DNA of 64,000 nt from Promethearchaeia archaeon (GCA_029856155.1 JAHQWL010000070.1:32001-96000), one strand, 5' to 3'. Counted from the stretch's first letter, positions 19,999-30,213 are shown. Numbers and translations are program-made. Notes: generated by a model from the sequence alone, not told the origin.

Positions 19999-21231
19999 AT
20001 GAATGATTCAAAATATATCTATCTTGATAATGCTGCGACGACTCCAATGGATCCTAGGGTTATTGAAGAGGTTACTAAACACTTTAGGGAGACTTATGGA
20101 AATTCTTCGAGCTTGCACTCAGTTGGGCAAAAAGCAGGCCAGGTATTAAATAAATCTCGTGAAATGATTGCAACATTAATTAATGCGAATAGAGATGATA
20201 TTTTTTTCACTTCTTCTGGAACTGAGGCAGATAACATTGCTATTTTTGGTGTTGCTTCTAAAAATAAAGAAAGGGGTAACCATATTATTATGAGTTCAAT
20301 TGAACACCATGCGGTAGAAAATCCTTATAAAGAATTAGAAAAAAGAGGGTTTAAGGTTACTTTCTTACCAGTTGATAATTATGGTCTTATTAATATTAAA
20401 GATTTAGAAAATGCAATAACGAAAAAGACAATCTTAATTAGCATAATGTTTGCTAACAATGAAATTGGTACAATTGAGCCAATTAAAGAAATTGGAACAA
20501 TAGCCAAAACTCATGATGTTATTTTTCATACAGATGCAGTGCAAGCTTTTGGGAAAGTTCCAATTGATGTAGATGATATGAAAATTGATTTATTATCTGC
20601 TGCTGCTCATAAGCTTTATGGTCCGAAAGGAGTAGGTATGTTATATATTCGAAATAAGGGAGTAAGAGAGGGTTGGGGTAAATTTATTGACCCTATTATG
20701 TATGGTGGAGGACATGAAAGGGATATGAGACCAAGTACCGTCAATGTACCGGGAATTGCAGGTTTTGCAAAAGCTGTAGAAATCGCAAAGGAAGAAATGG
20801 AAAAAGAGATGGAAAGACATATTAGATTAAGGGATAAAATTATAAATTTTGCGATTACAAATATAGAAGACTGTTATTTAAACGGACATCCTACTCAAAG
20901 ACTGCCAAATAATGTAAATTTAGGTTTTAAATACATAGAAGGAGAGTCAATTGTATTAGATTTGGATGGAGAAGGAATTGCATCCTCTACTGGCTCAGCA
21001 TGTTCCTCAAAATCATTAGATCCTAGTCATGTACTGCTAGCTATAGGGTTAAAACCTGAGGACGCTCATGGCTCATTGAGAATTTCAATAGGTAGATTTA
21101 CAACCGAGGAAGATATTGATTATTTCCTTGAAAAATTACCCTATGTTATAGAGAGACTTAGAAAAATATCCCCTCTTAAAAAAGGAGTTAAATATATGTC
21201 TAATGAAACAGTTGTAAATCATCATCATTAA
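19999..21231 (+). CDS. iscS: Cysteine desulfurase, group I
   Basis: YLDNAATT, FHTDAVQ, AHKLYGPKG, catalytic SSTGSACSS. Confidence 0.95.
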   Translation: MNDSKYIYLDNAATTPMDPRVIEEVTKHFRETYGNSSSLHSVGQKAGQVLNKSREMIATLINANRDDIFFTSSGTEADNIAIFGVASKNKERGNHIIMSSIEHHAVENPYKELEKRGFKVTFLPVDNYGLINIKDLENAITKKTILISIMFANNEIGTIEPIKEIGTIAKTHDVIFHTDAVQAFGKVPIDVDDMKIDLLSAAAHKLYGPKGVGMLYIRNKGVREGWGKFIDPIMYGGGHERDMRPSTVNVPGIAGFAKAVEIAKEEMEKEMERHIRLRDKIINFAITNIEDCYLNGHPTQRLPNNVNLGFKYIEGESIVLDLDGEGIASSTGSACSSKSLDPSHVLLAIGLKPEDAHGSLRISIGRFTTEEDIDYFLEKLPYVIERLRKISPLKKGVKYMSNETVVNHHH

Positions 21232-21267
21232 CTATTTTTTTCTAATAATTATTAACAATTAGGACAA

Positions 21268-22011
21268 CTAACGATATATTTCATCAGGGGGTTCTGTCTC
21301 TATTATTGTATGATTTCCACTACTCCAAGAATTAATAGTTCCAGACCAATTTGGATATAAACTAAATCTCGGTCTTAAGTAAATTTTAACCCAATCATAG
21401 GGAGCAACCATAACATGCCTTGCTAATTCTATTTCCCAAAATGCTGATTTGAAAAGATAATGTTCGACTACTAATATAAATGGTGCATTTCCAAACCCTT
21501 CCCAAACTGTACTCTTATTAATTTTAAAATTCGAATGATTACTGGATAGATAATTAACAAAAACGTCTCTCATTGTTTCTATTGTAGGTGAAATATTCGA
21601 TGTCCAGTTTAGCACCTGCACTTTTGCATAATCTTTTTTGGAAATCCTCCCACTGCTAGCTACTGCTTCAATTTCAATTATATTATCAAGATGAGTTATA
21701 TTAGGATATAAAAATACTTCAACAATCTTCCTTAATGGTTCATTTTCCCAAATTTTATATTCTAATTCAATCGATACATTAGTCTTTATCGATATCGATA
21801 AATTAGACATCAATTCATTGTTGCTGGTTTTTATTTCTAAAAGTAACCATGCTGTATGATTTGAATGTGATTTCATTTCTTTAGGCGTAAATTCAATTTG
21901 GAGGGTTTTTTGTCCTGGTATATTAATAATAAAAAAAACAACTGAAATTGAAGCTACAATCAATGTAATTCCCACTATAGCCACAATCGTATACCTTTTA
22001 TTCCGTTTCAT
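21268..22011 (-). CDS. Exported or membrane-anchored hypothetical protein
   Basis: Basic N-terminus plus one hydrophobic helix; soluble remainder. Confidence 0.7.
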   Translation of the reverse strand: MKRNKRYTIVAIVGITLIVASISVVFFIINIPGQKTLQIEFTPKEMKSHSNHTAWLLLEIKTSNNELMSNLSISIKTNVSIELEYKIWENEPLRKIVEVFLYPNITHLDNIIEIEAVASSGRISKKDYAKVQVLNWTSNISPTIETMRDVFVNYLSSNHSNFKINKSTVWEGFGNAPFILVVEHYLFKSAFWEIELARHVMVAPYDWVKIYLRPRFSLYPNWSGTINSWSSGNHTIIETEPPDEIYR

Positions 22012-22017
22012 AACAAA

Positions 22018-23334
22018 TCAACTAAAAAATAGCGATAATAAGAATAAATATCCAATGGATAAAATAATATGAATTATAGCAAATGTCGCGCCAACTTTCA
22101 ACAATCTTTTAAAATTTAAATTTGGTACATCATTATTTTGAGCAATTTTAAGTGTCATTACATCACAAGCTGCTCCTTGAGGTATAAGGTTTCCACCAAG
22201 ATTTACTGCTATAATTAATGAGTAATATAAGGGGATTGAAGGAAATCCAAAGCCATCAGGGATTGGGGCCACCAACAAATTTACGATTGGAATAAAAACT
22301 AATGCAGTAGGAGTATTAGCAACAAATCCCGACACAAAACTAACAAGTACTAAAATAATTAAACTTACTAAGAAAGGGTTCAAAGTTTCAAACGGGATTC
22401 CTTTGAAAAGCTCATCAAAACCGGCTACTTCTAAACAGCCAACAACAACATATAATGAAATAAAGAAAAATATGATTTCCCATTCAATATCTTTTAAAAA
22501 CTCACTCATTTTTTTGTTTGTAAATTTTTTATTAATTAACACTAATAAAAATGCTGAAAATGCTGCCGTTAAATAAAGAAATGGTAAAATTGCAAAAAGA
22601 ACTATAGTAACAATTATAGCAATACTATTAAAATAAAACATTCTTTTATCTGATATCATTACTTTAGCATCTACTAAATCCAAAACGTATTTTTTTTGAA
22701 GATCTTCTATTTCTGGTTCTTTACTCAATTGGAATTTATCTAATAAAAAAGCTGTTATGAATAAAAGGAAAAAAGAAAATATCCAATAGTAGGTTATGAA
22801 ATAAACAGTATCTAGATTAAATGCAGCAGAGATAATAATATTTTCTCCACTAGAGAATGGAGTTATAATTGACCCTATATTTATACAAATTGTCATTCCT
22901 AATAAATAAGTTCCTGCTCTTATTTTTAAAAAACGACATAAACGTATTACAACTGGTGCTAATATTAATACAACAACAACATCACTAATAATTGATGCTA
23001 AAATAGTTGTAATAAAACATAATAAATAAAAGAATATTTTTCTATTTCCCTTTGAAATTTTAAAAAGTTTTACAGCTAAAAATTCTAAAATATTCGAATC
23101 TTGTGCGATTTTAGTGATAATACTCATACACAAGATAACTATTATGGCTTCAAATTCAATAAATGATATAAAAGTAGATATTGTTAAACCCTTCGTTATA
23201 CCAGTAATTGTGCCAGCTGTAAAACAGCATAATAAAGAAATGGTTACAAAATCTAATTTCTTTGACGAATAACTAATTAATATAATAATAAAAATAATAA
23301 ATATTACAATTAGGAGCCATGGATCTTCCAACAT
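22018..23334 (-). CDS. ArsB/NhaD (ion transporter superfamily) permease
   Basis: Many TM helices; NIGSIITPF..ENIII, SGFVANTP, NLGGNL.P. Confidence 0.85.
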   Translation of the reverse strand: MLEDPWLLIVIFIIFIIILISYSSKKLDFVTISLLCCFTAGTITGITKGLTISTFISFIEFEAIIVILCMSIITKIAQDSNILEFLAVKLFKISKGNRKIFFYLLCFITTILASIISDVVVVLILAPVVIRLCRFLKIRAGTYLLGMTICINIGSIITPFSSGENIIISAAFNLDTVYFITYYWIFSFFLLFITAFLLDKFQLSKEPEIEDLQKKYVLDLVDAKVMISDKRMFYFNSIAIIVTIVLFAILPFLYLTAAFSAFLLVLINKKFTNKKMSEFLKDIEWEIIFFFISLYVVVGCLEVAGFDELFKGIPFETLNPFLVSLIILVLVSFVSGFVANTPTALVFIPIVNLLVAPIPDGFGFPSIPLYYSLIIAVNLGGNLIPQGAACDVMTLKIAQNNDVPNLNFKRLLKVGATFAIIHIILSIGYLFLLSLFFS

Positions 23335-23477
23335 AGTTAATTATAAAGGAATTTATTTATAAAATAATTTTTATTAAAGCTAATTAATAATTTAAATTTG
23401 ATTAATTGCTTGTTCGTTATTCCTTCTTTTTCAAATTGGAATGTAAGAATTATTTAAATTAAATGAATTGCATATAA

Positions 23478-23699
23478 TACATTAATTATTATTTAGCAGG
23501 GATTTATACATATTTAGGGGATTTATTTCAATTAAAAGAATGGAGTAATAGTATAAGGCATCGTCTTGAAACATTAGAAGATATTTATAATGTCACACAA
23601 TCCAATATTAATGAAAAATTTTTACTTTATTTAGAAATTCTACTAAGTTTTATTTTTATAATGGAGTTTATACTCCTATTATTTGATTTCTTTTTATAA
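23478..23699 (+). pseudogene. C-terminal remnant of an RMD1/DUF155-like membrane-anchored protein
   Basis: Stop-to-stop frame YINYYLAGIYTYLGDLFQLKEWSNSIRHRLETLEDIY...YLEILLSFIFIMEFILLLFDFFL*; no canonical start near its 5' end. Confidence 0.5.
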
Positions 23700-23706
23700 T
23701 TCCAAT

Positions 23707-24918
23707 TTATAAGAAAATGTCTGATGTTGGAAAATCCTCTTTTTTTTTTGACATAATTTTATCTATGGCCATGATAAAATCTTCATAAGAAATAATTTCA
23801 GAATTTTTTCTAATAGCATACATTCCTGCTTCTGTACAAATACCTTTAATGTCAGAACCTGTTGCGCCTTGAGTACGAGCACTTAAATGCTTTATTTCAA
23901 TATTTGCTTCAATATTTAAATTTTTCATATGAACTCTAAAGATTGATTCTCTGGCTTTTTCATTAGGAATGGGAAATTCTACTATTCGATCAAATCGACC
24001 TGGTCTTAATAAAGCGGGATCCAATATATCTGCTCTATTTGTTGCTCCTATAAATTTTATATCACCTCTTTGATCGAATCCATCTAATTCACTTAATAAT
24101 TGCATTAATGTTCTATTTACTTCTCTATCACCTGAAGTATCATCTTGCATTCTAACAGCACCTATTGCGTCTAATTCATCAATAAACAAAATAGTAGGTG
24201 CTTTCTGTCTTGCTAAACTAAATATTTCTCTAACATATTGCGCACCTTCCCCTATAAATTTTTGAACTAATTCTGTTGCAACCACTTTAATAAATGTTGC
24301 ATTTGTTTCACGAGCAACAGCTTTAGCTAGTAATGTTTTCCCCGTTCCTGGCAAACCATAAAAAAGAACGCCTTTGGGTGGTTCTATCCCAATCTTTTTG
24401 AATAATCCAGGTTTTTTCAATGGTAATTCTATTATTTCTTTAACTTCTTGAATTTGATATTCTAAACCCCCTATATCATCATAGGACACGTCAATTGGAC
24501 TATCTATTATTTCCATCCCCCTAACAAATGGGCTAAAATTGGAAGGTAATATTTCCATTATAGCATAGTTTCTTTGATTTAAGGCAACTTGTAAACCAGG
24601 TACTAGCTTCTCTTTTTGCAATCTATTGCTAATTCTAACAATAAAACTAGCGCTAGGTGAACTATCTACAATAGCACGGTCATTATTATCATCTAACATA
24701 TCAGTTATACATCCCGATATTAATGGAAGTTCACTTAACCGTCCAATTTCTTCACGTAAACTTTTTACTTCAAATTCCGCTTTTTTTACTCCGTTATTTA
24801 GTAAATTTATTACGATTTTAATATCCTCTATTTTTTTTTCAAGATGGCGTATATAGGAAGAAATTTTTTCGACATTCTCTGGATCTTTTTTACCATTTTC
24901 AATTTCTGTAGAGGTCAT
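23707..24918 (-). CDS. pan: Proteasome-activating nucleotidase (PAN), divergent
   Basis: N-terminal coiled coil + OB region; YDDIGGL, PPKGVLFYGLPGTGKT, KFIGEG, FIDELDAIG, LDPALLRPGRFDR. Confidence 0.9.
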   Translation of the reverse strand: MTSTEIENGKKDPENVEKISSYIRHLEKKIEDIKIVINLLNNGVKKAEFEVKSLREEIGRLSELPLISGCITDMLDDNNDRAIVDSSPSASFIVRISNRLQKEKLVPGLQVALNQRNYAIMEILPSNFSPFVRGMEIIDSPIDVSYDDIGGLEYQIQEVKEIIELPLKKPGLFKKIGIEPPKGVLFYGLPGTGKTLLAKAVARETNATFIKVVATELVQKFIGEGAQYVREIFSLARQKAPTILFIDELDAIGAVRMQDDTSGDREVNRTLMQLLSELDGFDQRGDIKFIGATNRADILDPALLRPGRFDRIVEFPIPNEKARESIFRVHMKNLNIEANIEIKHLSARTQGATGSDIKGICTEAGMYAIRKNSEIISYEDFIMAIDKIMSKKKEDFPTSDIFL

Positions 24919-24956
24919 TTTATTATAGGTATTTGATATTAGAATTATAATTAAGT

Positions 24957-26885
24957 TTATCCAATTCTTTTCACTGCGACTTCTAAAATCTTATTTATCA
25001 TTTCCTTATATGGAATATTAGCAAAATTACACATTTTTGCTAAATGACCATCCCAACACCAACCGGGATTAGGATTTACTTCTAAAAGCTTTGGATTTCC
25101 TTTCGCATCCAAACGCCAATCAAATCTAGCATAATCTTGACATTCTAATCGTTCAAATAATTTGAGAGAATAATTTTCAATAATTTCTATTATATTTTGA
25201 GGAAGATTTGCTGGAATTGATTTAATATTCCAATAAGGAGAATCTGGTAGCCATTTTGCTTCATACCCACAAATTTTTGGTAATTCAGCAGGCAAATTTG
25301 AATAATCTTCTTCAATTATTGGAAGAATTATAAAATTATCTGGTTTATTTCCGATAATTCCAATTGTGAGATCCTTACCAGTAAGAAACTGTTCAACTAA
25401 AACTGGTTTATCATAACCAAAATTTTCACGAATCTCTGAAATTGCATTTAATAATTCCTCTCCGTTTTTAACTACACTTCTCTGAGTAATTCCAAAACTC
25501 GAGTCCCCAAAATTTGGTTTTACAATTGCAGGGAAATATAAAGGCAAATCTATTATTTTTTCTTCTGGTTTAATGAAAATAGCTTCAGGAACGGGAATCT
25601 CTAATTCTTTTGCAATACCTCTTACTAAGGATTTATCATAACAAAAGGCTAGACATTGAGGTCCAGATCCGGTATATGGAATTTTTAGAATTTCTAATAA
25701 AGCGGGTATATGCAACTCCTTCCTAGCATCGTTGTAATAACCTTCATCGCACAAATTAAAAACAAAATCAATCTTTCCTTTCAAATTAAGTAAATCTTGA
25801 ACAAGAGTGCTGTGATTATCTAAAAATGAAAAATTATATTCATTAAGGTCCTTTATTGCTGTTTTTAATTGAAATATAGTAAAGAAATCATCATCATCGA
25901 ATTTATTTAAGGGTTTAAGTAAATCGGGTCTATGGGGGTCTCCAAAAATAACAACAGTATTTCTTTTCGCCTTTTTTTCTTTCTTTTTAACCTCTGTCCA
26001 TTCTTTTTTAACAATAGCACTAACGATAATCCTTTTCTCCATCATACCTAAATCTTGGTCTCTTGCAGATTCAGGCGTAATTGATCCATGGAATACTACA
26101 TCACTAAACCCTACATTTTCTAATAACTCTGAAATCCCTCTTTTTGAGTATAATCTTTCTGCATAGAACTGATCCACTAATACCCCTTTATTAACATGGG
26201 TTATTACTTCCCGTGCAATCAATTTTTGTTTGTCAAAAGATAAAGATCTCTCTCGACAAACGAAAAGATTCTTATCAATCCATTCCCATGAACGTGGTTG
26301 ATAATTATACTTGATGTATTCACCATCAGTTATATCTATTAATATTTTTCCCCAAGGTTTTAAAACACGGAAAACTTCTTTTAATACCAGAAGATCATCA
26401 TTGATTGATTCAAAATATCCAAAGCTATTACCTAAAATCATAACAAAATCAAATGTATCAGGAGCATATGGTAGTTTTCTTGCATCACCTTCACGAAATT
26501 TGCATGAAACCCCACTTTTTTTAGCGTTTGCTTTAGCTTTTTGAATTAGAAATCTTGAACGATCTAACCCATATATATTTTTAAAATTATTATCAGCAAG
26601 CTCAATAGAATGTCTTCCTTGTCCACAACATAGATCAAGAATCTGATGATCTGGCTGGAAATTCATTATTTTCAAAAAATATTTCACTTCAAATTCAGTA
26701 ATTTTATGATCTTCTACTACATCACTATCTGTTTTTAGATAATATGCATTGAATATCCTTTTCCACCAATCCTTTTTGACATATTCTTCTAAGTCAAGAA
26801 CAGGACCAAGACATTTGGATGAATTTTTTTCTTTACTTTCAAAATTTCTTTTTTTATTATTTATGTTTTCTGTTTGAGATGCCAT
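24957..26885 (-). CDS. Class I SAM methyltransferase fused to a D-Ala-D-Ala-ligase-like ATP-grasp domain
   Basis: ILDLCCGQGRH, GDAR.LP, GNSFGYF; FVFNLCDEG, IPYTGS, VKP...DSSFGI, YEAKW, YARFDWR, LEVNPNPG. Confidence 0.88.
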   Translation of the reverse strand: MASQTENINNKKRNFESKEKNSSKCLGPVLDLEEYVKKDWWKRIFNAYYLKTDSDVVEDHKITEFEVKYFLKIMNFQPDHQILDLCCGQGRHSIELADNNFKNIYGLDRSRFLIQKAKANAKKSGVSCKFREGDARKLPYAPDTFDFVMILGNSFGYFESINDDLLVLKEVFRVLKPWGKILIDITDGEYIKYNYQPRSWEWIDKNLFVCRERSLSFDKQKLIAREVITHVNKGVLVDQFYAERLYSKRGISELLENVGFSDVVFHGSITPESARDQDLGMMEKRIIVSAIVKKEWTEVKKKEKKAKRNTVVIFGDPHRPDLLKPLNKFDDDDFFTIFQLKTAIKDLNEYNFSFLDNHSTLVQDLLNLKGKIDFVFNLCDEGYYNDARKELHIPALLEILKIPYTGSGPQCLAFCYDKSLVRGIAKELEIPVPEAIFIKPEEKIIDLPLYFPAIVKPNFGDSSFGITQRSVVKNGEELLNAISEIRENFGYDKPVLVEQFLTGKDLTIGIIGNKPDNFIILPIIEEDYSNLPAELPKICGYEAKWLPDSPYWNIKSIPANLPQNIIEIIENYSLKLFERLECQDYARFDWRLDAKGNPKLLEVNPNPGWCWDGHLAKMCNFANIPYKEMINKILEVAVKRIG

Positions 26886-27657
26886 TATCGTTTTATAATT
26901 AATATTTTAATTTTGATAAAATTGGAGTAAAATAAAGACTTTTTACATTGAATGAAGTTTTTAAGAATTTTATATTATTACTAAAAAGTTTTACACAGAG
27001 ATTAATCCATCTTAAATTCTCAATTATAATATAATATATCATCTATTATTTAATCGAATACCCTTAATATGTTATTTAGATTTAATTTTACTTCATTCTA
27101 TTGAAAATTTATATTTGAAGTTAAATATAAATAATCTTATTTAAAAACTTTTCCTTTAAATTTTTACACTCCAAGACAAATTTTATTTAGATTAGATATC
27201 TTGGAATTAATAAAAAAATTGTTCAATCTTAGATATAGGATACTAACTTAATCTAATGAGATAAATGTGAGTTTAATTTAACACCTTCTCCTCTTTTTAT
27301 ATGCATTTTGGAATATTAGGTAATTTCTAATAATTATTATTTATTTGCGTCCTAAAGGGGTTATTTTTTACAATTGATGGATTTAAATATTAAATTTTTA
27401 GAACCTAATCAAGTATTAAATTCCATTTTTAATTAAAGTAAAAAGTATTACTTTATGTATAATAAAAATTAACTGTTATAATTAATAAAAGTACCCATAA
27501 TGAGTTTTGAATCGTATGCAATTTCGATTAATCTTCTTTATTTTAATTATTGTTATTAAAATTAAAAAACTTTTAATATTGAATAAGTCTTTAATCGTAA
27601 TTGAAAATATATCATTATTTTAATCTATTATAAATAATAAAAAAAGAGGTCTAAATC

Positions 27658-27794
27658 GTGAATACAAAACGAAAATTTGAAAAAAAAAATTCGTGGAAGA
27701 TGATGATTGGGATGAGGACGTAGAATATGATGATGATACAGACTGGGATGAAGACTGGGAAGATTATGATGACTTAAAAGAAGACTTTTTCTAA
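27658..27794 (+). CDS. Small acidic Trp-rich peptide (33 aa from GTG 27693, or about 45 aa from GTG 27658 with a -1 shift at an A10 run)
   Basis: VEDDDWDEDVEYDDDTDWDEDWEDYDDLKEDFF*; GAGGT 7 nt before GTG 27658; purine-rich island in an AT-rich intergenic region. Confidence 0.6.
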
Positions 27795-27913
27795 TTGACT
27801 TTAGAATGATATTACACCTAATTCGATTAATCCATCCCTTACAAAATGTTTAATTGATCTAATTTTTTTAATAAATGATTTAATACTCTAAAATATTAAA
27901 TTTAAATAACAAC

Positions 27914-28573
27914 ATGGAAAAACAAACTAATTTAGCAATTCTAATATTAATCGGTGGAAAGAGTACTCGTTTTGGGACCGAAAAAGCGATTGTAGAGATA
28001 TATGGTAAACCTTTAATCTTACATCAATTAGAGATTTTGGCTCAAATTGATCAAGATATCTATTTGGTCGCTCATTCTGAAGAGCAAATATATAGCTATC
28101 GAAAACAAATAGATTTTCCAAAAGATACTAATTTTATAGTAGATGATAGGGAAATTTTTGAACATCCCAAAATTTTCAAACCAATGTTAGGCATATATTC
28201 TGGATTTAAAGAATTGAATAGATTAGGATTTGAAAAAGCATTTGTACTATCTTGCGATATGCCTCTCATTAATCCCGATATAATTAATTTAATGATAAAT
28301 GAATCCAAGGAATTTGAATGTTGTATTCCAAGATGGAGTAATGGCTTCTTAGAGTTATTTTTTGCTATATATCCGGTCGGGAAAGGATATCTAAAAGCAA
28401 AACAAATTCTGTTAACTGAAAATTATGGGTTAATAAATTTTATTGACAAGAATTGGAAAATAAAATATGTGTCCGTAGAAAATACTATTCGACCTTTTGA
28501 TAAAAATTTATCAAGTTTAATAAACATTAACGGACCAATAGATTTGGATAAATTAATAAAATTAAATAAATAA
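27914..28573 (+). CDS. mobA: Molybdenum cofactor guanylyltransferase
   Basis: ILIGGKSTRFGTEKA, PMLGIYSG, LSCDMPLI, ININ.P.DL. Confidence 0.85.
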   Translation: MEKQTNLAILILIGGKSTRFGTEKAIVEIYGKPLILHQLEILAQIDQDIYLVAHSEEQIYSYRKQIDFPKDTNFIVDDREIFEHPKIFKPMLGIYSGFKELNRLGFEKAFVLSCDMPLINPDIINLMINESKEFECCIPRWSNGFLELFFAIYPVGKGYLKAKQILLTENYGLINFIDKNWKIKYVSVENTIRPFDKNLSSLININGPIDLDKLIKLNK

Positions 28574-28615
28574 AAATTTAATTCATAAAAAAAAATTTAA
28601 ACCTGTGATAGTATA

Positions 28616-28984
28616 ATGACCGGAAATGACACTAAATACAATAAATTGGAAAATAATGTATTTTATATAAAAGAGGATTTTAAGAAAAAAGGAAAGGAAT
28701 ATGGCATAGTGAAATTAAATAAAAGACAATTTAATGCACTAGTAGAATGTATAGATTTACAATCGGTAGCTCCATTAGTTTCTCCAAGATTTAGTCAGAG
28801 AATAGAACATTTTCTAATACCTCGAATTGATGAAATAAGTAGAATACTATATGCATTAAAACCATTTCCTGATGAGTTGGGAATTGAAATGTCAAAAGAA
28901 AATTGTAACGATATTCTTAAAGGACTTAAACTTGGTATTGTTAGTAGTGGGTTAAAAACAGAGGTTATTCCGCGGAGGAATTAA
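28616..28984 (+). CDS. Hypothetical protein (122 aa)
   Basis: ORF downstream of mobA; no motif recognised. Confidence 0.6.
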   Translation: MTGNDTKYNKLENNVFYIKEDFKKKGKEYGIVKLNKRQFNALVECIDLQSVAPLVSPRFSQRIEHFLIPRIDEISRILYALKPFPDELGIEMSKENCNDILKGLKLGIVSSGLKTEVIPRRN

Positions 28985-29295
28985 ATACAACACTCAAAAA
29001 AATCAAATTTCATAAGTAAAATAAGTTATCTAGACTTTCAAAATTTTTATTTTCAATTCAAATCTTTATCATCAAATAATTTAAATATTTCTTATCTACA
29101 CAACAAAAATAACTAGGCTATAATAGAACTCTAAAATTTCTAGCATATCAATAAACGAAGTTATTTAAATTTATATTTCAATATTTCTAAAAAATTAAAA
29201 TAATAGATAAGTTTATTAAGCTGATACTCTAATTAGAATATTCAACGGAGTAATGTATTTTATTCAATTAAAATCAGTAAAAAGTGATATTGTAA

Positions 29296-30213
29296 ATGAA
29301 AAGTTATAGAGAACAATTGAACCCTAGAGAAAAATCAGAGGATAAATGCTGCGAAGACCAGTGTATAGTTCTTAAAGGAGGTAATAAAGTTTGTTTGAAT
29401 TGTGGTATGGTATTAGATGTTCATTTGGTCGATAATGGAAGAAGGGCTTATAATAATGAAGAAATGGTAAAAAGAAAACAAAATGAACCTAGATGGAGAG
29501 AATTTGGTTCGAGAACAGTGCTTCCTAATCACAAAATAGACTACAAAGGAAATTATTTAAATGCTGAAAAGAAGACTTTATTTTTACGTTTATCTAAAAT
29601 TCAAAATTCTTTAATTTCAAGCATAGAAAGAAATTTTTGGGAAGCAAAACCAAAAATGAAACAAATTACTTCAAAATTAAATATTCCTGAATATATTCAT
29701 GAAACAGCATGGAAAATTTACACTCTCACAGCAAAAAAAAAATTAACAATGGGGCGCTCAATTGAGGGATTTATAGCTGCTTCTTTATATGTTGCTGTTA
29801 GAGTCCATGAATTTCCAAAAGTATTAGAAGAAATTAGTGATGCTGCTATGATTCCCCGAAAATCTATAATACATTCATTAGGTTTACTTCTTAAAGAAGT
29901 TTTACCCGAATTAAACCTTAGTTATAAGCCAATTAGTGTTAAACAGTTGATAATTAAATTTGGAAATGAATTAGGACTTCCAATAGAAACCCAGAAGAAC
30001 GCTTTATATTTAGTTTCTATCACATCTAAGATGGGACTTGCTTTAATAGGTAAAGACCCAAAAGGACTTGCTGCTTCAGCTATTTACTTAGCAGTAAAAT
30101 CAACAGATAAAAGGATGACTCAAACTGAAATTGCTAAAGCTGCTAAAATAACAGAAGTTACATTAAGATCACGAATAAAAGATTTTAAAAGCAAGCTTGC
30201 ATTAGTGGAGTAA
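29296..30213 (+). CDS. tfb: Transcription initiation factor IIB (TFB) paralog
   Basis: VCLNCGMVL; two cyclin repeats with GRSIEG..AASLY and GKDPKGLAASAIY; TEVTLRSR. Confidence 0.92.
   Translation: MKSYREQLNPREKSEDKCCEDQCIVLKGGNKVCLNCGMVLDVHLVDNGRRAYNNEEMVKRKQNEPRWREFGSRTVLPNHKIDYKGNYLNAEKKTLFLRLSKIQNSLISSIERNFWEAKPKMKQITSKLNIPEYIHETAWKIYTLTAKKKLTMGRSIEGFIAASLYVAVRVHEFPKVLEEISDAAMIPRKSIIHSLGLLLKEVLPELNLSYKPISVKQLIIKFGNELGLPIETQKNALYLVSITSKMGLALIGKDPKGLAASAIYLAVKSTDKRMTQTEIAKAAKITEVTLRSRIKDFKSKLALVE

Noticed and set aside
24957-26885. Calling the ATP-grasp domain a true ddl for peptidoglycan
   Set aside because: Archaeal context, methyltransferase fusion and no cell-wall genes
26886-27650. 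Long AT-rich intergenic region as a replication origin
   Set aside because: No repeated ORB-like boxes or G-strings, and no adjacent cdc6/orc1
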